Positions 57,301 through 64,000 of a DNA stretch of 64,000 nt are shown one piece after another. Within the stretch, counting starts at the first letter, position 1; every line of letters starts with the position of its first letter. The DNA lies in assembly GCA_964016885.1 (NCBI GenBank), contig OZ024740.1, positions 250,542,001 through 250,606,000 on the forward strand, in the 5' to 3' direction. This DNA is from Eledone cirrhosa (taxonomy: Eukaryota). A program made the position numbers and the translations under genes. The notes beneath the pieces are model-generated. The model was given only the letters and a program-made list of their open reading frames with translations, did not search any database and was not told the DNA's origin.

Positions 57301-57795
57301 AATCTCTAGCCTGGCAGTGCTACCGATGAGCCAGTTCGGGATAAACTCTACAGGCATGGAGGTGCCGTCAGCCGGGCATGTCCGAGTTGCGTGCAGGGCG
57401 ACGAAACCGTCCTGCACGCACTCGTCTAGTGTCCGAGCATTGCTGACTTGTGGGTTTATGTCGAACACTTGCTGTCGCGTGTAGGACGGATCCAGCTATC
57501 AGCTGAGTCCATCGTGAGGATTGCCCCGCCCTCTTCCTTTAGCCGGGAAGGGAAGTCAGTTTTTATCTGTCTGGTGGCCATGGCGAAAGAGATAGTATGG
57601 TGGACACGTTTGAAAGGGCTGAAGACGAGCACTTACCTCTTCGGTGCTGCCCTGATTAACTTTTTCAAATTTCATTTGAAAAGGAAAATCAGGGTAGAAA
57701 GGGAAGTGCTCTCTTCCCAGCATTTTGTTGAAAGATGAGTGAGAGAGGCAAGAATGGCCCGAGTGAATGGGCCTACTCTGAGTACGTGTCTGTAA
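54391..57795 (+). pseudogene. Tx1-like ORF2 (APE-RT-zf) with frameshifts and stops
   Basis: MTSFRIGSINARGL start; 940-aa open piece; stops after 57263. Confidence 0.92.
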
Positions 57796-58062
57796 ATTAA
57801 AGGTGGAAAACTGGGAGAGGGCATCTGACCTGGTGGTCAGGGTCACTGTGGAATTTTAATGGGCTTTCTCCACCAATGTCCCTCGGAAGTCTCCCTCCTA
57901 TTGCGAAATTTTTTCATTGTTCTATTATTACATCGTCTGTTTCTTTATCTACACGCAGAAATGCCCATTTGTACCGCCCTGTATTGTCCTGTACTTCCTT
58001 AATGTCTACTTTATGTAAACCCATGTGGTTAATAAAGAAATCATTATTATTATTATTATTAC

Positions 58063-58092
<30 letters not shown>

Positions 58093-58093
<1 letters not shown>

Positions 58094-59276
58094 GTTGCAT
58101 TTATCTTGCTTTATGTTCATACGAGTTATCACCAAGTCACAACCAGTGACCTCAAGAGACAACAAGGTCCGCCATGTTCAAGAAAGAACATACATATTCA
58201 CACATGCATCTTTAGTGTTTAGACTTGTGATGTACTTATATTGACAGAATCTTCCTTAGTATATGGGCAGTTCCCATTAGTACTATCTTTTGTATTTCTC
58301 TTATACGCGGGTTTCCTGGGATTTGCGATAAGTAATCATTAGACCCCTTAGGTATCATTCCCAGAGCGCCTACAACCACTGGTATTGTTTTAGTTCTCAA
58401 TTTCCACATTTTTCCAATTTCTATCTCCAGGTCCTTATACTTGCTCAATTTTTCAAATGTTTTTATAGATACATTCTTGTCTATCGGAACAGACATATCA
58501 ATTAGCAGGCATACCCTCTTTTGAAAGTCCTTCAATATTATATCAGGTCTATTTGCATCTATTTTTCGGTTTGTTTGGATGCTAAAGTTCCACAAGATTG
58601 AGATGTGATCTTTTTCAAGTATGGGAGGTGGTTGATGCTCCCACCAATTCTTTTGATGGGGCAGGTCAAAATGCTTACACATTATCCAATGTATGTATTG
58701 TGCAGCTCTGTCATGCCTGTTTAGGTATTCGGTTGGAGCTATAGGACTGCACATTGAAATTATATGGTCAATGGTCTCTGGTTGTTTTTTGCATACACGG
58801 CATAATGGGCTGCACCCATTCTTTATTATGTTGGCTTGGTAATTTTTTGTTGGCAGACACTGATCTTGTGCTGATATAATCAGTCCTTCAGTCTCCGATT
58901 TCTGTCCAGAGGATGCCAACCACTGATGGGTTAAAGTTTTGTCAACATCAGGATTGTTAGCTCGCTCTGGGTATTTTCCATACAGAGGCTTTTCTTGCCA
59001 TTTCTTAGCCAGTTTCTGTAGCAGTTCTTTCTTTGCAGTTACTTTTACCTGCTTTGCTTTTTCTGTGTTTTCCATTTCAGCAGTAAATGGGACTTCTGAA
59101 ATTTGTAGTCCATTACTGTATCTTTGTGCATCTTTTGTAATGGAGTATGATCTTTTGATGCTTTCGTGTTTCAAAACGAGTTTGATCATCCAATCATGTG
59201 ATTCTCTTAGATATGTAGATAATCCAATTGTTGCAGTTTTCAACGCAATGTCTAACTGGGTTAATCCAGTTAGACA
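58093..59276 (-). mobile_element. Dong-like family B, 5'-truncated (CCHC and RLE, ORF 58236-59243 open)
   Basis: CRVCKKQPETIDHIISMC, RHD, RPDIIL..DMSVP, KLSKYKDL. Confidence 0.93.
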
Positions 59277-59282
59277 TTGTTG

Positions 59283-60203
59283 TTATTCCTTGAATCTCAG
59301 TCATTGATGTTGGTTAACTGGAAAGTCCGTTGGAATGAATATCAAGCCACTACCTGCAGCCTCAGATATTCAGGACGTATCGGAGGGTTCTTGCTGTTCC
59401 AAGCAAGCATGCCTTTTGAAGCGTTCCAAAAAGCGCGAAGGGGCCGATTTTCTTTAACCATCCCTGGAAACTTTTGGGGATAGTCCCCAGTGCGCCTATG
59501 ACAATCGGGATCACTTTGACTTCATGGCAGTTCCAAATCCTTTTCACCTCCCACTTTAGGTCCTGGTATCGGTTAATTTTCTCCCTCTCCTTCTCTTGCA
59601 CTCTCGTGTCGAACGGGCAGGCCACATCCACAATCAGACACGATCTTTTTTCTTTGTCCACAACCACCAGGTCAGGTCTATTGTGTTCCAGTTTTTTGTC
59701 CGTCTGTATCCTAAAATCCCACAGCACCTTCACCTGATTGTTCTCCATCACCGCCTCTGGCCTATGCTCATACCATTTCTCAGAATGTGGTAAATTGTTT
59801 ACTTTGCACAGGTGCCAGTGGATCACCCTGCCCATCACATCGTGTCTCCAGCCCTTATAGTGGGTCTGGGCTAGGTGTTTACACTCGGACACAATGTGAG
59901 CCACAGTCTCCTCTCTCTCTCCACAGATCCTGCACAGTGGGCTAGCCTCCTCCTTGTAAATATGGTGTTTCAACCACTTCGTTTTGAGGGCCTGCTCCTG
60001 CGCAGCCATTAGCATTCCTTCTGTAGCCTTTTTGAGGTCTCCTCTTCTCAACCAGTTCCATGTCTGTGGATCTCTAAATTCAGTTTTCTCAAAGAAGGTA
60101 CTATGAAGGGATTTTCCCTTAAGGCTGCTCTTCCTCCTTGATGTTATTTCCTCCTTGGACATCCCCTGGCCTACTGTCCCCTCCTTCAGTACAGTTCTGA
60201 GCA
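59283..60203 (-). mobile_element. Dong-like family A (young), 5'-truncated ~920 bp
   Basis: Near-identical to 60233-61156. Confidence 0.95.
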
Positions 60204-60232
60204 TTATTATTATTATTATTATTATTGTTATT

Positions 60233-63200
60233 GTTATTCCTTGAATCTCAGTCATTGATGTTGGTTAACTGGAAAGTCCGTTGGATTGAATATCAAGCCA
60301 CTACCTGCAGCCTCAGATATTCAGGACGTATCGGAGGGTTCTTGCTGTTCCAAGCAAGCATGCCTTTTGAAGCGTTCCAAAAAGCGTGAAGGGGCCGATT
60401 TTCTTTAACCATCCCTGGAAACCTTTGGAGATAGTCCCCAGTGCGCCTATGACAATCGGGATCACTTTGACTTCATGGCAGTTCCAAATCCTTTTCACCT
60501 CCCACTTTAGGTCCTGGTATCGGTTAATTTTCTCCCTCTCCTTCTCTTGCACTCTCGTGTCGAACGGGCAGGCCACATCCACAATCAGGCACGATCTTTT
60601 TTCTTTGTCCACAACCACCAGGTCAGGTCTATTGTGTTCCAGTTTTTTGTCCGTCTGTATCCTAAAATCCCACAGCACCTTCACCTGACTGTTCTCCATC
60701 ACCGCCTCTGGCCTATGCTCATACCATTTCTCAGAATGTGGTAGATTGTTTACTTTGCACAGGTGCCAGTGGATCACCCTGCCCATCACATCGTGTCTCC
60801 AGCCCTTATAGTGGGTCTGGGCTAGGTGTTTACACTCGGACACAATGTGAGCCACAGTCTCCTCTCTCTCTCCACAGATCCTGCACAGTGGGCTAGCCTC
60901 CTCCTTGTAGATATGGTGCTTCAACCACTTCGTTTTGAGGGCCTGCTCCTGCGCAGCCATTAGCATTCCTTCTGTAGCCTTTTTGAGGTCTCCTCTTCTC
61001 AACCAGTTCCATGTCTGTGGATCTCTAAATTCAGTTTTCTCAAAGAAGGTACTATGAAGGGATTTTCCCTTAAGGCTGCTCTTCCTCCTTGATGTTATTT
61101 CCTCCTTGGACATCCCCTGGCCTACTGTCCCCTCCTTCAGTACAGTTCTGAGCATTGGCTCCTTACTATAGGTCACGTATTTGTATAGGTTGTTTTTCTC
61201 CATCTGAACACAGTCCTCTATGCTGATAAGACCTCTTCCACCCTCAGATCTCCTTAGGTAGAGTCTATCGACATCACTCCTCTTGTGGAACATGTTGTAG
61301 ATAGTCAATAGCTTCCTAGTCTTCCTATCCATTTCTTTTTGTTCAGCAACATTCCATCTCAGAATTCCCGCACTGTACCTAATAATAGACACAGCTCGGG
61401 AATTTACTGCGCTTATGGCATTTCTGCTGTTCAGATGTGACTTCAATACGCTCCTTACTCTCCGAATGTATTCAGTTCTTAACAATTCCTTCATTTTTTT
61501 GTTCTTTATGCCATCAGCCTCCAGAACGCCCAAATACTTGTATCCTTCCTCAGAGTCAATTTCCTTTATCATCTCACCTGTTGGTATCTGGATCCCGTTA
61601 CTTCTGCTCAACCTACCCCTCTTCATCACAATGACTCCACATTTACCAATACCAAACTGCATACATATATCACTGCTGAAAATACGGACAGTGTCAACAA
61701 GCACATCCAACTCCTTCTCACTTTTCCCGAAGAGCTTAAGATCGTCCATGAAGAGGAGGTGAATGATGGTAAGCTCTCCCCTTCCCAACTTGTATCCTGC
61801 TCTCACTTTTCGCAGCATAATGGTCAAGGGCATCAGGGCAAGGACAAACAACAGAGGGGACAGGCTATCTCCCTGGAAGATACCTCTCTTGATCTTCACG
61901 CTTCCCAAGGATACTCCAGTTGATGTCAACTCTGTCTCCCAGGACCCCATACTCCTGCCCAGCAACTGTCTGATGTTATCTGCCACCCTGAAGATCTCCA
62001 GGCTTTTGGTGATCCAGGAATGAGGCACCATGTCAAATGCCTTTCTGTAGTCTATCCATCCCATGGCAAGATCAGTGTGTCTCCTCCTGCAATTCCCCAT
62101 TACCATCTTATCAATAAGCAACTGGTCCTTTGTACCACGTGACTTCTTTCGGCATCCTTTCTGTTCGTCCGGTAACAAGTTGTTTGTGTGGAGGTGATGG
62201 TAGATTTCCTCAGACACAATGCTCGTCAACAGTTTCCACATTACGGGCAGACATGTGATAGGTCTATAGTTGGTAACATCATTACCCTTGATTCGGTCTT
62301 TCATTATCAGAACTGTGGTACCTTTTGTCAACCACTCTGGCACCTCACCCGACACCAAGCAGTCATTGAACATGGCCGTCAGCTTCGGGTGGAGGGATGT
62401 TAAATGTTTAATCCAATACCCCTGCACACCATCTGGGCCTGGTGATTTCCAGTTGGTTAGTTTTTTGGCTTGCCCCTTAAGAGTTTCAACTGTGATACTC
62501 AAATCAGTCTGTTGTTGTGCCTGCTCACCGATCTCCCTCTGTACTGTCTCAATCCACCCTGCCTGGGCATTGTGTCTAACATCCTGCTCCCATATTCCTC
62601 TCCAGAATGTTTTAGCTTGTTCCGCCCCAGGGATCAAGTCGTTGCCTCTTTCTTTCCCCTCAAGCTGTCCAAACAGCATCTTCTGGTTGTTGTCGAACAT
62701 GCGGTTCTGTTTATACTGACTGACTCTGTTCTCGTATCGCCTGATTTTGGCACTCTTTGCTACAATGCGTTGCTTCAATTCCTCTATGATAATATTTAGC
62801 TTTTTACTCCTAGTTTTGTATTTTATTTCCAGTCTATTTTTAGTGCCTATGTTTTTTAGTGTCCCATTCAGTAGTGACTCAAGCTTTCCTATGTCATTTC
62901 TCATTTCCCCGATTTGCCCACTCAGTCGCTTCTTCCACCACGGCTCTGCTCTTTCTTGTCTGTTGTTTCCTCTCGCTTTTATACCAAGTAGTTTCCTCAC
63001 CGTATTTGCTGTTGCTTTGAGGATATTGTTGCACTGGTGAAGGCTCCTCGCCTCAAGGTATGGGATGACTTTGTTTACCTTAGCTGTTGTTTCTTTTAAC
63101 TTTTTCCTGTCTACAAATCTTAGGTTCATAGGTCTCCCACTATCATTGTTCAATTCATCTACCACTAAATTTAGGATGTCAACCGAATCTTGTCCTAGCC

Positions 63201-64000
63201 CGTGAGCATTCATCTCCTCAGTGGCCGTATCTCTGTTCCAGGTATTATTTATCTCAGTATTCAGATCATTGTCTGCTTCGGGTGGTTCCTCCGTTCTCAG
63301 GACCTCCTCACCTTCATTTCCCACCGGCTCGCTTGTCTGGCATACTACACCCGCCATCTCCAAGCCATTCTCTCTGCTCAGTTCCTCCAATTCCAGCTCG
63401 CTTATCCACCCTTATTACCCGAGCCTGCCCGGCCAATTTTTGTTCATCTAATTTAAATAAACCAATCTCGTTCCAGATGTTATGCATCCGTCTCCTGTAG
63501 CCCCTCTCCTTGGGGTTACTTTTCAGGTAGCATTGCATAACAGTTCTATTCAATTCTTTCGTCCAGTTGGTTCTGGCCCCTTTCCTTCTTCTTCTTCCTC
63601 CAACATCAGCAGTATTTGGTTGACAGTCAGGTTCCTGCTGCTGAGCCAGGGGGCACCTGTTGGGTGAGAGTCTGTCACATGACGTTCTAGTCTCCATTTC
63701 ACCGTTATTCGAACTGTTTATGTTCGATATTTAAACACTCTTATCGAGGATTGGCGAATGTATGTTTACATAGCCATCTGTGGATCCGCCATCCCACTTG
63801 GCCCTTGTGTGGCATTATCACCACGCTGTATACGAACACACATAAACAAACAAACACACGGGCAGAAAGGGCCCCAAAAATGAATAAGCATAAGTTTCAT
63901 TGTAATGTAGTATTCGAATGTCTGACTTAGTTTTTGTTATTTTAAGTTTTACTTTTTCCCCCCTCTTCTCTGTCCGTCCGCCTGCTTCTCTCTTCATTCT
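60233..64000 (-). mobile_element. Near-full-length R4/Dong-like RLE retrotransposon family A
   Basis: Single long ORF plus 3' UTR and (AAT)n tail; the 5' UTR runs towards the window edge. Confidence 0.95.
60313..63697 (-). CDS. R4/Dong polyprotein: N-terminal Myb-like region, RT, CCHC knuckle, restriction-like endonuclease; one frameshift near 63400
   Basis: 63314-63697 (WTKELN..VMQCY..GYRRRM..W..EQKL) plus the 1025-aa ORF (SPGPDG, YRPITC, QGDSLSP, FMDD, CRICG..H..C, RHD, RPD..D). Confidence 0.92.

Larger units (their letters stand above)
52034..58041 (+). mobile_element. Tx1-like LINE copy 3, full length (5'UTR type A, ORF1-A, ORF2, 3'UTR)
   Basis: Starts GAATGCCATGG directly after (ATT)n; ends AATAAAGAAATC followed by (ATT)n 58042-58092. 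Confidence 0.95.

Overview
Eukaryotic, AT- and microsatellite-rich DNA made almost entirely of retroelements. I see no host gene, rRNA, tRNA gene or CRISPR array. The SINE family and repeat landscape resemble a cephalopod (Octopus-like) genome; this is from memory and not verified. Main contents: (i) three near-full-length and three partial Tx1-like (L1-clade, APE endonuclease) LINEs; (ii) eight R4/Dong-like RLE retrotransposon copies from two families, one near full length at 60.2-64 kb; (iii) several Penelope-like elements (Neptune-type and Naiad-type) and small derivatives, many with type-I hammerhead-like motifs; (iv) CR1-, RTE-, CRE- and Helitron-like relics; (v) about 8 copies of one ~190-bp tRNA-type SINE. 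Five signals stand out. Tx1, the SINE and Dong all occupy the same (AAT)n/(ATT)n microsatellites with strict opposite strand polarity, building nested arrays. A covarying 4-bp stem / 5-nt 'NWUGU' loop is shared by the Tx1 3' end, the SINE tail and, unexpectedly, both Tx1 5' UTR types. A 52-53-nt GTAAGT...YAG intron-like spacer would remove the ORF1 stop and fuse ORF1 to ORF2 in frame in all three Tx1 copies. One ORF2 is paired with two divergent 5'UTR/ORF1 modules. Several hammerhead/retrozyme-like units occur, including a family-wide CAGANGA core variant. Coordinates were read by eye and may be off by a few bases.
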